The notes under the pieces: model-generated | Told to the model about the DNA's origin: nothing | Seen by the model: only the letters and a program-made list of their open reading frames with translations | Database searches by the model: none | Program-made: the position numbers and the translations under genes | Shown here: in pieces, positions 27,132 to 37,946 of the stretch | Numbering within the stretch: position 1 is the first letter of the stretch | Layout: each line of letters starts with the position of its first letter | Assembly: GCA_011390785.1 (NCBI GenBank) | Contig: JAABRR010000006.1 | Location: forward strand, 95,493 to 159,492 | DNA length: 64,000 nucleotides | Source: Sphingobacteriia bacterium | Lineage (GTDB): Bacteria; Bacteroidota; Bacteroidia; Bacteroidales; UBA7960 | Reading direction: 5' to 3'

Positions 27132-27692
27132 TTATTTCCCTGAATAAAATTTCATTTTATAGGAAGGATTTACAGTGCCTTTAACTATTGCCGTAAGTTT
27201 ATTCTTAATCAATCGCCGTTTAAGGGGACTTATACGATCAACAAAAACAATACCTTCTATATGATCGTATTCGTGTTGGATAATTCTGGCAGCAATACCA
27301 CCAAATGTTTCTTCATGCTGTTGAAAATTTTCATCGAGATAACTGAGTTTTATCACCGATTTACGATTTACATCGGCTCTTAAATCCGGAAAACTAAGAC
27401 AACCTTCATTAAAATACCATTCAGGGCCACTTTGATCTACCATTCGGGGATTAATAAAGACTTTTTTAAAATTTTTCAGGGTTTCATCTTCTTCACCGAA
27501 TGGTTCAGCATCTACCATAAAAAGTCTTATGGATTTTCCAACCTGCGGAGCTGCCAAACCTACACCACTGGCTTTATACATTGTTTCCCACATATCACTG
27601 ATTAAGGTTTCCAGTTCGGGGTAGTCCGGTTTAATATCAATGGCTTTGGTTTTTAATACTGTATTGCCATATCCTACAATGGGTAATATCAT
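27132..27692 (-). CDS. def: Peptide deformylase
   Basis: 186-aa ORF with all three PDF motifs: GVGLAAPQVG, EGCLSFP, QHEYDHIEG. Confidence 0.95.
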   Translation of the reverse strand: MILPIVGYGNTVLKTKAIDIKPDYPELETLISDMWETMYKASGVGLAAPQVGKSIRLFMVDAEPFGEEDETLKNFKKVFINPRMVDQSGPEWYFNEGCLSFPDLRADVNRKSVIKLSYLDENFQQHEETFGGIAARIIQHEYDHIEGIVFVDRISPLKRRLIKNKLTAIVKGTVNPSYKMKFYSGK

Positions 27693-27715
27693 TTTTTCAA
27701 TAATTTAAAGCATAA

Positions 27716-28150
27716 TTACTGTTTACGACCTTGCTCAAAAGTATTTCGCTCCATGTACGACTGTAAAATAATGGTGGCGCTAATGGTATCAATAAGTTCT
27801 TTGTTTTGCCGGCTTTTCTTGCCAAGTCCTGCATCAATCATAGTTTGAAAAGCCATCCGGGATGTAAAACGTTCATCCATCCTATTTATAACAATTGAAG
27901 GAAAGATTTTCCTCAGATTTTTTACAAAAGGATCTATAAAGCGTGCAGAAAAGGAAGGTTGGTTTTTCATGTCACGAGGTTCACCTACCACAATACACGT
28001 AACATTTTCGCGGGATACATACTCCTTAAGAAAGGAAACCAAATCTTTTACATGCACCGTGGTAAGACCTGTGGCAATAATCTGACTTTCGTCGGTAACT
28101 GCAATACCTGCACGTTTCTGGCCATAATCTATAGCCATTATCCTACCCAT
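27716..28150 (-). CDS. ruvX: Putative pre-16S rRNA nuclease / Holliday junction resolvase-like YqgF (RuvX)
   Basis: 144-aa ORF with N-terminal MAIDYGQKRAGIAVTD, matching the RuvX GxDxGxKRxGxA pattern. The size is typical. Confidence 0.85.
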   Translation of the reverse strand: MGRIMAIDYGQKRAGIAVTDESQIIATGLTTVHVKDLVSFLKEYVSRENVTCIVVGEPRDMKNQPSFSARFIDPFVKNLRKIFPSIVINRMDERFTSRMAFQTMIDAGLGKKSRQNKELIDTISATIILQSYMERNTFEQGRKQ

Positions 28151-28272
28151 GAGTATTTTATTTTATTAAAACGCTGCAAAGATAAGGAAACTGTACCAAT
28201 TGATAACGTAGGATTTTATTGCAATGTTTTTGCTAATTTTGCGTTTGGAAAAAATCTTTAACAGACCCCAAA

Positions 28273-30828
28273 ATGCGCAGAAAAAAAACAGATCCACCAA
28301 AAAATACTTTTAAAGAAAAACCAACCCCAGCTACCAAAAGCAAAAAAGATGATGTAAAGGGAAATGAGTTTAAATGGAAACACTTCTTTCAATCCTTTAA
28401 AGATCAAAGATTTAGGAAGATATCAGGATTGTTGCTGATTATCATATCTTTTTACCTTTTACTATCGTTTTCTTCTTACCTGTTTAACTGGAAAGCTGAT
28501 GACAGTTACCTGGAAGACAAAACTTTTACCATTAGCTTGCTGGTTGATAATACCATTATCGCCCAAAATATGATGGGCCGGCTTGGAGCTATTACATCAC
28601 ATCTGTTTATAAAAAATTGGTTTGGGATTTCATCTTTTGCTTTCGTTTTACTTTTTTTTCTTGCCGGATATAAATTGCTTACCAGAAAATCGTTACTTCC
28701 CCTCTGGAAAACGCTTCGGTATAGTGTTTTTGTAATTTTGTGGTTTTCTGTGGCTTTTGGATTTTTATTTACATCAGATAATTTATCCTTGCTGGGGGGT
28801 GTTTTCGGTTACGAAAGCAATCAATGGTTAAACGGTATTCTAGGAAAAACAGGAACAGGATTCTTGCTGCTGTTTACTGTCGCAAGTTTTATGATATTGG
28901 TTTTTAATCTAAACAGGGAACATTTTGCTGTATTCCTGGCAAAACTGAAAAAAGACCCCGCTATAAGTGATGAAGAGCATAATAAAGCTGATGCTGAAAC
29001 AGAAGAAAACCTTATCAATGATGAGGAAACTCCCGTAGAAGAAGATATTTATGATTCTGAAACAGCTATCATCCAGAAAATAAAGAACAAAGGTGACGGA
29101 GATGAAAATGAAGAAAAAGATTTCTTTGAATTTTCTATTGGTAAAGATGAAGAAATTGACGAAAATGAAAATCCTATTGTTGAAACAGAACCATCTAATC
29201 AAAAACCAATGCCTGAGTTGGAAATAGAGATTGCAGACGATAGCAAGATCAGCAACAGCAATTACCAGCCCATCGACGATCCTTCCGCCAACGGCAAAAA
29301 CATTCCATTACAGGAGATGGGAGACTACGATCCCACCCTTGATCTGCCGAATTATAAGTTACCCCCGCTGGATATGCTCGATGACTATGGAAGCAGCACC
29401 ATAAACGTTGATAAAGCAGAACTGGAAGCCAATAAGACCAAGATACTTGATACACTGAAAAACTATTCTATTGAAATAGACAAGATAAAGGCTACCATAG
29501 GCCCCACTGTAACTCTCTATGAAATTGTTCCTGCTGCAGGTGTGCGTATTTCCAGAATCAGAAACCTGGAAGATGATATTGCTCTTAGCTTATCAGCATT
29601 AGGTATCCGGATTATCGCTCCTATTCCCGGACGTGGTACCATAGGCATCGAAGTTCCGAATAGTAAGCCTGAAATTGTTTCTATGAAAAGTATTCTGGCC
29701 GGTGATAAGTTTCAGAATTCCACCTTCGATCTTCCGGTTGCATTGGGAAAAACAATTGCCAACGAAACCTTCATTGCCGACCTTACTAAAATGCCCCACC
29801 TGTTAATGGCAGGAGCTACAGGGCAGGGAAAATCTGTTGGTCTTAATGCCGTGCTGGCATCCATATTATATAAAAAACACCCGGCGTATGTTAAGTTCGT
29901 TTTGGTAGATCCAAAAAAGGTTGAACTTACCCTGTTCTCTAAAATTGAAAGGCATTACCTCGCGAAATTGCCAGACTCGGAAGAAGCAATTATAACTGAT
30001 ACCAGAAAAGTTGTACGAACACTCAATTCACTTACTATTGAGATGGACAACCGCTATGATCTTTTAAAGGAAGCCCAGGCAAGAAATATTAAAGAATACA
30101 ATGTAAAATTTGTTTCCCGAAGACTTAATCCTGAGCATGGTCATCATTTTATGCCTTATATAATTTTATTTATTGATGAGTTCGCCGATTTGATCATGAC
30201 TGCTGGTAAGGAGATTGAACTTCCCATTGCACGGCTGGCTCAACTTGCCCGGGCAGTAGGAATTCATTTGATAATAGCTACACAACGCCCGTCGGTAAAT
30301 ATTATTACTGGAATGATAAAGGCGAATTTCCCGGCAAGGATTGCTTTCAGGGTTACGTCCAAAATTGATTCGCGTACCATTTTAGATACCGGTGGTGCCG
30401 ACCAGCTTATCGGACGTGGAGATATGCTCCTTTCTACCGGAAGCGACCTGCTTCGTTTGCAATGCGCCTTTATCGACACCCCTGAGATAGAAAGAATTAC
30501 CGAATTCATTGGTTCACAAAGAGCTTACCCCGATGCTTTTCAGCTGCCTGAAGTAGCCGACGAGGAGCAGGGTGATATGGAAGATTTTGATCCTTCAGAA
30601 AGAGACGATCTGTTTGATGACGCTGCCAGGGTAATCGTTGCCACGCAACAGGGCTCAACTTCACTTCTTCAACGAAAATTAAAACTGGGCTATAACAGGG
30701 CGGGTCGCATTATTGACCAACTCGAAGCTGCAGGCATTGTTGGTCCATTCGAAGGAAGCAAAGCCCGTGAAGTAAAAATAAAAGATGAAATGACTTTGGA
30801 ACAGATTTTGAAAGGGAACTACCATTAA
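28273..30828 (+). CDS. ftsK: DNA translocase FtsK
   Basis: 851-aa ORF with N-terminal TM helices and an acidic linker. Walker A is AGATGQGKSVGLN and Walker B is ILFIDEFADL. The gamma wHTH is GSTSLLQRKLKLGYNRAGRIIDQLEAAGIVG. Confidence 0.95.
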   Translation: MRRKKTDPPKNTFKEKPTPATKSKKDDVKGNEFKWKHFFQSFKDQRFRKISGLLLIIISFYLLLSFSSYLFNWKADDSYLEDKTFTISLLVDNTIIAQNMMGRLGAITSHLFIKNWFGISSFAFVLLFFLAGYKLLTRKSLLPLWKTLRYSVFVILWFSVAFGFLFTSDNLSLLGGVFGYESNQWLNGILGKTGTGFLLLFTVASFMILVFNLNREHFAVFLAKLKKDPAISDEEHNKADAETEENLINDEETPVEEDIYDSETAIIQKIKNKGDGDENEEKDFFEFSIGKDEEIDENENPIVETEPSNQKPMPELEIEIADDSKISNSNYQPIDDPSANGKNIPLQEMGDYDPTLDLPNYKLPPLDMLDDYGSSTINVDKAELEANKTKILDTLKNYSIEIDKIKATIGPTVTLYEIVPAAGVRISRIRNLEDDIALSLSALGIRIIAPIPGRGTIGIEVPNSKPEIVSMKSILAGDKFQNSTFDLPVALGKTIANETFIADLTKMPHLLMAGATGQGKSVGLNAVLASILYKKHPAYVKFVLVDPKKVELTLFSKIERHYLAKLPDSEEAIITDTRKVVRTLNSLTIEMDNRYDLLKEAQARNIKEYNVKFVSRRLNPEHGHHFMPYIILFIDEFADLIMTAGKEIELPIARLAQLARAVGIHLIIATQRPSVNIITGMIKANFPARIAFRVTSKIDSRTILDTGGADQLIGRGDMLLSTGSDLLRLQCAFIDTPEIERITEFIGSQRAYPDAFQLPEVADEEQGDMEDFDPSERDDLFDDAARVIVATQQGSTSLLQRKLKLGYNRAGRIIDQLEAAGIVGPFEGSKAREVKIKDEMTLEQILKGNYH

Positions 30829-30879
30829 CTGCTACTTTAAACATTATTATTTGTAACTCCCTTTAATTAATTTATAGAA

Positions 30880-31542
30880 ATGAAAAAAATTATTGTTTTA
30901 TCACTCATACTTTTTGCCGGATTATACACTATCAAGGCGCAAACAGCCAATGAAACCGAATACGAACAAAAAGCAACTGAGTTGCTCAAAAAAGCCAGCA
31001 ACAAAATAAAAGGCTTTAGCAGCATGAAAGTAGATTTTACCTACACCATGGAAAATACCCAAATGGATATCAAGGAAACCATGACAGGTAAAATTCTTTC
31101 AAAAGGAGATAAGTACCATATGACCGTTGGCGAAAATATTTTTATTTCGGATGGAGAAACTGTATGGAATTTTATTGATGAACTATATGAAATTCATATA
31201 AATACGCTGGCCAATACCGAAGGAGGCCTTACCCCTACTGTGCTGCTGGATAATTTTGAAAACGAATACCGCGGAAAATTTATTCGCCAGGAACAGCATG
31301 CAGGTAAAACAGTTGACATAATTGATTTGGTTCCCAATACACCACAATCCTTCTTTAAATACCGAATGGCCCTGGATGCCCTCGATCAAACCCTGGTTTA
31401 CACCATTGCTTACGATCGCAATGGTGGTACCTACACCTATGCCATTGATAATCTGGAGTCTAACCAATCCATCTCCGACAGCAAGTTTGTTTTTGATCGT
31501 TCAGCATTTCCCGATGACGCTGATGTGGTGGATATGAGATAA
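30880..31542 (+). CDS. LolA-like outer-membrane lipoprotein carrier family protein
   Basis: 220-aa ORF with a signal peptide (MKKIIVLSLILFAGLYTIKAQ). Size and position immediately downstream of ftsK match the conserved ftsK-lolA arrangement. The sequence-only call is weak. Confidence 0.5.
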   Translation: MKKIIVLSLILFAGLYTIKAQTANETEYEQKATELLKKASNKIKGFSSMKVDFTYTMENTQMDIKETMTGKILSKGDKYHMTVGENIFISDGETVWNFIDELYEIHINTLANTEGGLTPTVLLDNFENEYRGKFIRQEQHAGKTVDIIDLVPNTPQSFFKYRMALDALDQTLVYTIAYDRNGGTYTYAIDNLESNQSISDSKFVFDRSAFPDDADVVDMR

Positions 31543-31596
31543 CAAAATATAAAATTCAGGAACAAAACGGGAAGTAATAATCCAGAAATAAGAAAA

Positions 31597-33327
31597 TCAG
31601 TTTTTAATCACCCTGATGGTTGTTTGCTTCTCAGGACCTGAAAAAACAGCCAGATACATTCCTGTAATTAGCTGGTTAAGTTCAACAGAAAAGTTTTCCT
31701 GTTCTATTTTTTTAAAATAAACCCTTTTCCCGGTAATATCATACAAAGAAAAATATCGGTAATTTAGCCCATTTGTTACAGAAAAACTCTCATTAAAAGG
31801 GTTTGGAAAAACTCCAATTTCTTCAGGTTTTAGAAATGAAGGCACTGTTGTTTCGAGCACCAGTTTTTCAAGTGTTACCCGGGTAAAAAATACATCCACA
31901 TCAGAAGAACCCAGATCCATTGCGAATCTGGCGTTATTATCGGTATCACTATTCATAGTAAAAACGAAAGAATACTCCTTTTCCTGGGTTGTTAAGGTTA
32001 GCCCATGATAACCTGAGTAGGCATCCCAGGGATCAGATGCCCGGCCAATATAGGTAGTAATATTTCTGCTTCCATCAGAATAAGCCGACAGGGTAACCCT
32101 GTATATTTGATCTTTTTCAATAGACAGACCAGGTTTAACAAGCTGTATATGCCAGGGCTGATCGCTACTTTGTGAAACATTTATATGCATAGTCCCATCA
32201 GAAGAACCTAATTCTGCCATTGCCGATCCGTTGATATTTAGAAGCCAACCGGCTGTACCTGTTGAAAAATCGTTTTCAAAAACTGGGATAATATGATAAC
32301 CAGTTGGTTCAGGCATCGGGTTATGCAGCAGGGCATCAACAAGATCATCATTCAGAAGCTGAGTAGATGGATTATAAATACCGAAGCCAGCGCTAAATTC
32401 CCAGTAGGCCCAGCTGAATCCCTGTTCTTCAAACCACCTTGCCAAAAAAGTAGTCCATCTTGCACGGGACAAAATGTCTGCCTTGCTGTAAGCCCCAAAT
32501 TCTCCAACATGAACCGGTATATTCTTTTCTTCTGCAAATGCCCGGGTAAACTCAAATTCTGATATGACAGCGTCTCTTTCAGCCTGGGTATCGTTCCACT
32601 CTGTTCCCAGCCATGCATCAGGGTTTCCGTCAACCCATTCAGCCCCCTGATGGGTAAACTGGAACGGATTATAATAGTGAACGGTTAGAATAAGCTGGCT
32701 ATCTTCAGGCCACTCAAGATTATCAACACCCTGCAAGCCTCCCCAGGGGGCTGTGCCAATCATAACAACACGGTCCGGGTTATTAACCCTGATTAGCTGC
32801 AGTGCATCAATCATAAATTCATTCCATAATTCGGGGGTAAGATTACCATGTGGTTCATTTAGTAGTTCAAAAACCAAACTATCAGGATAATCCTTGAAGA
32901 AATCTGCTATTTGCATCCATTGAGCAAGGAACCGATCTTTTTGGCCATTAGGATCATCAAAAAGTTGTTCATGATGATGCATATTAATAACTGGGTGCAA
33001 CTGATACTTTAACGCCGTATCAACAACATGCTTAATTCTTTCTAAAAAGTCCGGATAAATTGTGTAAGGTTCTGCTTCCATGCTTCTTTCAGGTGTAGCC
33101 CATCTGATAGGAATTCTGACATGATTAAACCCCAATTCAGCCATGATTTGAAAATACTCCGGCTGCCAGGGGTTTCCCCATTCATTTTCAGCAGGTGCTT
33201 CAAAAGCATTACCCATATTGATTCCTCTACCTAACCTTTCATTAATTTGTGATGCGTTTTGAAACGTTTGTCCTATGCTAATAGTAAAAATTAAATTAAG
33301 TAAAATGAATTTCCCAAGTTTTACCAT
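31597..33327 (-). CDS. Glycoside hydrolase family 5 endoglucanase with CBM-like region and T9SS C-terminal sorting domain
   Basis: 576-aa ORF with GINMGNAFEAP, acid/base FELLNEPHG and nucleophile HVGEFGA. A beta-rich binding-module-like region follows. The T9SS CTD is GVFPNPFNESFSV...TTIRVIKN. Confidence 0.85.
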   Translation of the reverse strand: MVKLGKFILLNLIFTISIGQTFQNASQINERLGRGINMGNAFEAPAENEWGNPWQPEYFQIMAELGFNHVRIPIRWATPERSMEAEPYTIYPDFLERIKHVVDTALKYQLHPVINMHHHEQLFDDPNGQKDRFLAQWMQIADFFKDYPDSLVFELLNEPHGNLTPELWNEFMIDALQLIRVNNPDRVVMIGTAPWGGLQGVDNLEWPEDSQLILTVHYYNPFQFTHQGAEWVDGNPDAWLGTEWNDTQAERDAVISEFEFTRAFAEEKNIPVHVGEFGAYSKADILSRARWTTFLARWFEEQGFSWAYWEFSAGFGIYNPSTQLLNDDLVDALLHNPMPEPTGYHIIPVFENDFSTGTAGWLLNINGSAMAELGSSDGTMHINVSQSSDQPWHIQLVKPGLSIEKDQIYRVTLSAYSDGSRNITTYIGRASDPWDAYSGYHGLTLTTQEKEYSFVFTMNSDTDNNARFAMDLGSSDVDVFFTRVTLEKLVLETTVPSFLKPEEIGVFPNPFNESFSVTNGLNYRYFSLYDITGKRVYFKKIEQENFSVELNQLITGMYLAVFSGPEKQTTIRVIKN

Positions 33328-33348
33328 AAGCTATGAGTTTAAAGATTT

Positions 33349-35376
33349 TTATTTCCTTTGTCCAAGTTTATCTTTTAAATCATTCCGAACATCAACAAGA
33401 TTAAAATCCTGATAACGATAGATATACACAAATTTGTTTTCCCATCCCGCATCACGGTAAGTCTTTTCAAACACAAAGGGGGACGAAGAGACCTTTGTTT
33501 GATTCATTACATCCATGCATCTATAAAACTGTGATCCATATTGCATCAGGGCATTAAAGAAATACATACCTGTTTGCACTGCTCTGAAGCCCATATCCCG
33601 GGGTTCTACATGATTTAATTTACGATATTGACGTATAAATTGTTTATTGTAAGTTTTATCGTAATCAATAAAGGAGTGAGTAAAAATATGGGTATTTAGA
33701 TTTTGAAGATACCTGGGATCGAGAGAACTATAGTTACTCCATTGTGGAACACCATACAGGACAATATCAAAGGTATCACGCAATTGATTTAGTTGCCGGG
33801 TATAGTTGGAAATTGTAGCTTCATTTCCCATCAAACTTATCACCACATTGGTTCTTAATGTATCCATCCGGGCGACAAGCGTATCGATACCATCCCGGGA
33901 ATAAATAATCTCTGTAATCATATTCTGGCGGGCATACCTTTCAAAGTTCATTTGGGATGTTACCACCTTTTCTTTATTCAAATTCCTAACAGAATCGTTC
34001 ACCACATAAACATTAGAAATACGTTCGCCAATATAAACACCATCAAGAAAATATCCGTCGAGCTTGGCCATATTAGTGCTGTCTCTTTTATAACGGTATA
34101 AATTGATACCGTTATTAAGCGTTTCACTATAAGATGATATCAGTTGACGAATGCCTTCCTGATTATTATGTACCAGGATAATATTCTCTTCAGGATAATT
34201 TTCCACAACATAGGCTGCCATATCTTTCATCTGTGTTTCAATATCCGGAGTTGTCTGAAACATTAAGGGATAGCGGGCCAGAACTTCAGGATTATCTGCT
34301 TGAAAAGGAGCTACAATGGGTATATTCTTATTTTTTGCATAATCAGCCACAACTTTAAAAACATTATCAAAAAATGGCCCGATAATCAGATCCATACCGG
34401 CCATTTCAGGTTGCCAGATGGCGTTGCGGGCTTTTACTTCAGAGTCGGTAACATCATAAACAGTTAACCGGATATCGGCACCCATCGCACGCACCGAATC
34501 AAGTGCAATCATGATTCCTTCATAGTATTCAATATAGCTGTAAGTACGTTCCTTAACAAGATCATCAATTTCGCCCTCTTCATCAATATTATCGAGATAA
34601 AGAGGAATTAGCAAAGCAATATTATAATAATTTTTCAATTCAGGATCGTTACACCAGGGATCAAAAGCAGTTGCCTGTGGTATTTTTGGCGTAGTGAGTT
34701 CTTCCTGATCCATAACAAACGGAGGATTGGTTTCCGGTGTATAATCAACCGGGATTTTAAGTATTTGGCCTGCTTTAAGCCCTTCTCTTAATTCAGGATT
34801 AAGCTTTTCAAGTTCTTCCAGCGAAACGTTAAATTCGCGGGTAATAGAATAAATGGTTTGGAGCTGGGGAACACGATACTCAATAAAATGCAGGGTGGTG
34901 GGTTTTTCTCTGGGTATTTTAAGTATCATATTGGTTTTTAACCCTGAACGAATTTGGGGATTATGCCCGAGCAATTCATTTTCGGTAATACCATATTGTC
35001 TTGAAATACCATAAACTGTTTCTCTGCGTCTTACCTGATGAGAGATATATTCGGTTTCAGTAACTGTGCTGCTTTGCACTTTATTAGGATCAATTTCTTT
35101 TATTACCGGTATCCGGATAATCTGATCTGAACGCATTTGCTGCGGATTCACATCCGGATTTTCTTCAAGAATATCATCTACGGTAACCCCATATGCCCTG
35201 GCTATTGAGAAAAGGGTTTGACCACGTAAAACAGCATGAAAAAAATACTCTTTCCCATCAATTCTCTGTATAGTATTTGAGCGGTTTACAATTACCGTAG
35301 ATTCCTGCCCCTGCAAAACTGATGTAAGCAGAACAAGAATAAAACCAACGAAGATTAGCATTCTATTTTTCAGCAC
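33349..35376 (-). CDS. LysM-repeat protein fused to a type-1 periplasmic-binding-protein-like domain
   Basis: 675-aa ORF with a signal peptide and three LysM repeats (FHAVLRGQTLFSIARAYGV..., HQVRRRETVYGISRQYGI..., YRVPQLQTIYSITREFNV...). About 430 aa of PBP1-like region follow. Confidence 0.7.
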   Translation of the reverse strand: MLKNRMLIFVGFILVLLTSVLQGQESTVIVNRSNTIQRIDGKEYFFHAVLRGQTLFSIARAYGVTVDDILEENPDVNPQQMRSDQIIRIPVIKEIDPNKVQSSTVTETEYISHQVRRRETVYGISRQYGITENELLGHNPQIRSGLKTNMILKIPREKPTTLHFIEYRVPQLQTIYSITREFNVSLEELEKLNPELREGLKAGQILKIPVDYTPETNPPFVMDQEELTTPKIPQATAFDPWCNDPELKNYYNIALLIPLYLDNIDEEGEIDDLVKERTYSYIEYYEGIMIALDSVRAMGADIRLTVYDVTDSEVKARNAIWQPEMAGMDLIIGPFFDNVFKVVADYAKNKNIPIVAPFQADNPEVLARYPLMFQTTPDIETQMKDMAAYVVENYPEENIILVHNNQEGIRQLISSYSETLNNGINLYRYKRDSTNMAKLDGYFLDGVYIGERISNVYVVNDSVRNLNKEKVVTSQMNFERYARQNMITEIIYSRDGIDTLVARMDTLRTNVVISLMGNEATISNYTRQLNQLRDTFDIVLYGVPQWSNYSSLDPRYLQNLNTHIFTHSFIDYDKTYNKQFIRQYRKLNHVEPRDMGFRAVQTGMYFFNALMQYGSQFYRCMDVMNQTKVSSSPFVFEKTYRDAGWENKFVYIYRYQDFNLVDVRNDLKDKLGQRK

Positions 35377-35450
35377 AATAAATAACGTTTATAAGTTTAA
35401 ATGATTGAAATAAATACGAAACAAAATGTTTGATATTGCCTCATCAATTA

Positions 35451-36980
35451 TTATTCCCATTCAATAGTTGCAGGAGGTTTTGAACTAATATCGTAAACAA
35501 CCCTGTTAATACCTTTCACTTTGTTGATGATATCATTGCTCACTTTGGCAAGAAAATCGTACGGTAAATGAGACCAGTCGGCTGTCATACCATCTGTTGA
35601 TCCTACCGCTCTGAGACATACTGCATTTTCATAGGTTCTTTCATCGCCCATAACCCCCACACTTTGCACCGGGAGCAAAATAGTAGCAGCCTGCCACACC
35701 TGATCATACAAATGCCAATCCTTAAGGCCTTTGATAAAAATATGATCAACTTCCTGAAGAATACGAACCTTTTCGGCGGTGATATCACCTAATATTCTGA
35801 TTCCCAGACCCGGTCCTGGAAAAGGGTGTCGGCTCAACAATGCAGGATTAATTCCCAGGCTCTTGCCTACTCTTCTTACTTCGTCTTTAAACAGGCTTTT
35901 TAGAGGTTCTACCACTTTCAGTTTCATAAAATCGGGCAAACCCCCAACATTATGATGAGATTTGATGGTAGCTGAAGGACCATTCACTGAAACGGACTCA
36001 ATAACATCAGGATATATAGTTCCCTGCGCGAGCCACTTTACATCTTTAATTTTATGCGCTTCGTCATCAAATACTTCAATGAATACCCGACCAATGATTT
36101 TACGTTTTTCTTCCGGCTCACTTTTGCCTTTCAGTGCTGCAAGAAAACGATCTCCGGCTCTTACCCCTTTAACATTCAGGCCCATATTTTCGTAGGAAGT
36201 GAGTACATCTTCAAATTCATTTTTTCGCAACAAGCCATTATCTACAAAGATACAATGAAGCTGTTTTCCAATAGCCTGATGGAGCAATACAGCCGCAACG
36301 CTGGAGTCAACCCCACCTGACAGGCCCAAAACAACATTATCATTTCCAAGTTGCGCTTTTAAGGTATCTACTGATGCATTAACAAAAGAAGTTGGAGTCC
36401 AGTTTTGTGGACACTGACAGATATCAACAACAAAATTTTTCAATAAGGAAAGCCCATCGGTTGAGTGATAAACTTCCGGATGAAACTGTAGTCCGTATGT
36501 GGGAGTATTGGTATCTTTAAAAGCGGCAACCGGCACATCATGTGAGCTGGCAATCAGTTTATATCCATCAGGGATTTTAGTAATGGTATCAGCATGCGAC
36601 ATCCACACCTGAGAGTTATCTCCCACCCCATCAAGAAGCAACTCCTGCTTTTCAATAAAAGCAAGGTTGGCTCTTCCGTATTCTCTTGTGGCAGAAGCAT
36701 TTACTTCACCACCTTTTTTTTGAGCTATATATTGTGCACCATAACAAACACCCAAAACAGGTAGTTTACCATAAAACTCATCAATCTGAATCTGCGGAGC
36801 TTTTGCATCGCGCACACTAAAGGGGCTACCCGAGAATATTACACCCTTAACACCTTCCATACTGGAAGGAATATGATGGAAGGGATGAATTTCACAATAC
36901 ACATTCAGCTCCCGTACTCTTCTGGCTATCAACTGAGTATATTGTGAGCCAAAATCTAAAATTAATATCATTTCCTGCAT
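35451..36980 (-). CDS. guaA: GMP synthase (glutamine-hydrolysing)
   Basis: 509-aa ORF with the GATase N-terminus [19 protein letters not shown] and VLGVCYG. The PP-loop is [11 protein letters not shown] and the C-terminus is KPPATIEWE. Confidence 0.95.
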   Translation of the reverse strand: MQEMILILDFGSQYTQLIARRVRELNVYCEIHPFHHIPSSMEGVKGVIFSGSPFSVRDAKAPQIQIDEFYGKLPVLGVCYGAQYIAQKKGGEVNASATREYGRANLAFIEKQELLLDGVGDNSQVWMSHADTITKIPDGYKLIASSHDVPVAAFKDTNTPTYGLQFHPEVYHSTDGLSLLKNFVVDICQCPQNWTPTSFVNASVDTLKAQLGNDNVVLGLSGGVDSSVAAVLLHQAIGKQLHCIFVDNGLLRKNEFEDVLTSYENMGLNVKGVRAGDRFLAALKGKSEPEEKRKIIGRVFIEVFDDEAHKIKDVKWLAQGTIYPDVIESVSVNGPSATIKSHHNVGGLPDFMKLKVVEPLKSLFKDEVRRVGKSLGINPALLSRHPFPGPGLGIRILGDITAEKVRILQEVDHIFIKGLKDWHLYDQVWQAATILLPVQSVGVMGDERTYENAVCLRAVGSTDGMTADWSHLPYDFLAKVSNDIINKVKGINRVVYDISSKPPATIEWE

Positions 36981-37150
36981 GCTGCAAAGATAAACATAAG
37001 GCTGATTTAAGTGAAAGAATAATTTTATTAATTACAAATTGCGAAGAAACTATGCCAAAAGAACTTTTTTGTTCTTTGCAGGGTTATTGAGTTAATGAGT
37101 AAATTTGTGATAACTACCTTATGCCGAAAATCAAAAAAATCTGTATTAAA

Positions 37151-37816
37151 ATGTCAACCATTCAAACAAACTTCGAAAAAATAAAAAAAAGTATACCTAT
37201 CCGAACTAAACTTGTAGCGGTTAGCAAAACCAAACCTATGGAAGACATCATGGAGGTTTATCATTGCGGGCAACGCGATTTTGGCGAAAGCAAAGCTCAG
37301 GAACTGTTGGCCAAATATGATGAACTGCCCAAAGACATTAACTGGCACATGATAGGCCACCTGCAATCCAACAAGGTAAAATATATAGCTCCGTTTGTTA
37401 AGCTAATTCATTCGGTAGACAGCCTTAAACTGCTTAATGCCATTAATAAAGAAGCCCGAAAAAACAGCCGTGTTATTGACTGTTTGCTGCAGATGCATAT
37501 TGCCGAAGAAGATACCAAGTTTGGCCTTAGCTATGAAGAATCGGTTGAAATACTTGGCTCTGAAGTTTATGCAAATATGAAAAATGTTCGCATTACTGGC
37601 CTTATGTGTATGGCTACTTTTACTGAAAATCAGGATCAAATACGCAGAGAGTTTACGCAGCTCACAAAATATTTTACCAATCTGAAAAATTCTTTTTTCA
37701 TGAATGATGATACATTTTGCGAAAAATCAATGGGGATGTCAGATGATTATCCTTTGGCCATTGAAGTTGGTAGTACCATGGTGAGGGTAGGTAGTCTGAT
37801 TTTTGGTAGTCGCTGA
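37151..37816 (+). CDS. yggS: YggS-family pyridoxal-phosphate homeostasis protein
   Basis: The PLP-lysine context is VAVSKTKP, with HMIGHLQSNKV and C-terminal RVGSLIFG. The ORF opens at 37121, but MSTIQ at 37151 gives the typical length of about 220 aa. The start is ambiguous. Confidence 0.85.
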   Translation: MSTIQTNFEKIKKSIPIRTKLVAVSKTKPMEDIMEVYHCGQRDFGESKAQELLAKYDELPKDINWHMIGHLQSNKVKYIAPFVKLIHSVDSLKLLNAINKEARKNSRVIDCLLQMHIAEEDTKFGLSYEESVEILGSEVYANMKNVRITGLMCMATFTENQDQIRREFTQLTKYFTNLKNSFFMNDDTFCEKSMGMSDDYPLAIEVGSTMVRVGSLIFGSR

Positions 37817-37946
37817 TCGCCAAATGGTTTTATCAAAAAAATATCGTTATACTGAGTTTCTTAGAAACCTTTAGAAATTATTACCGTAAATTACTCATTA
37901 TAAACATCTTACCAGCCCATTACAATTTCTAAAATTCCTTCCTTTC

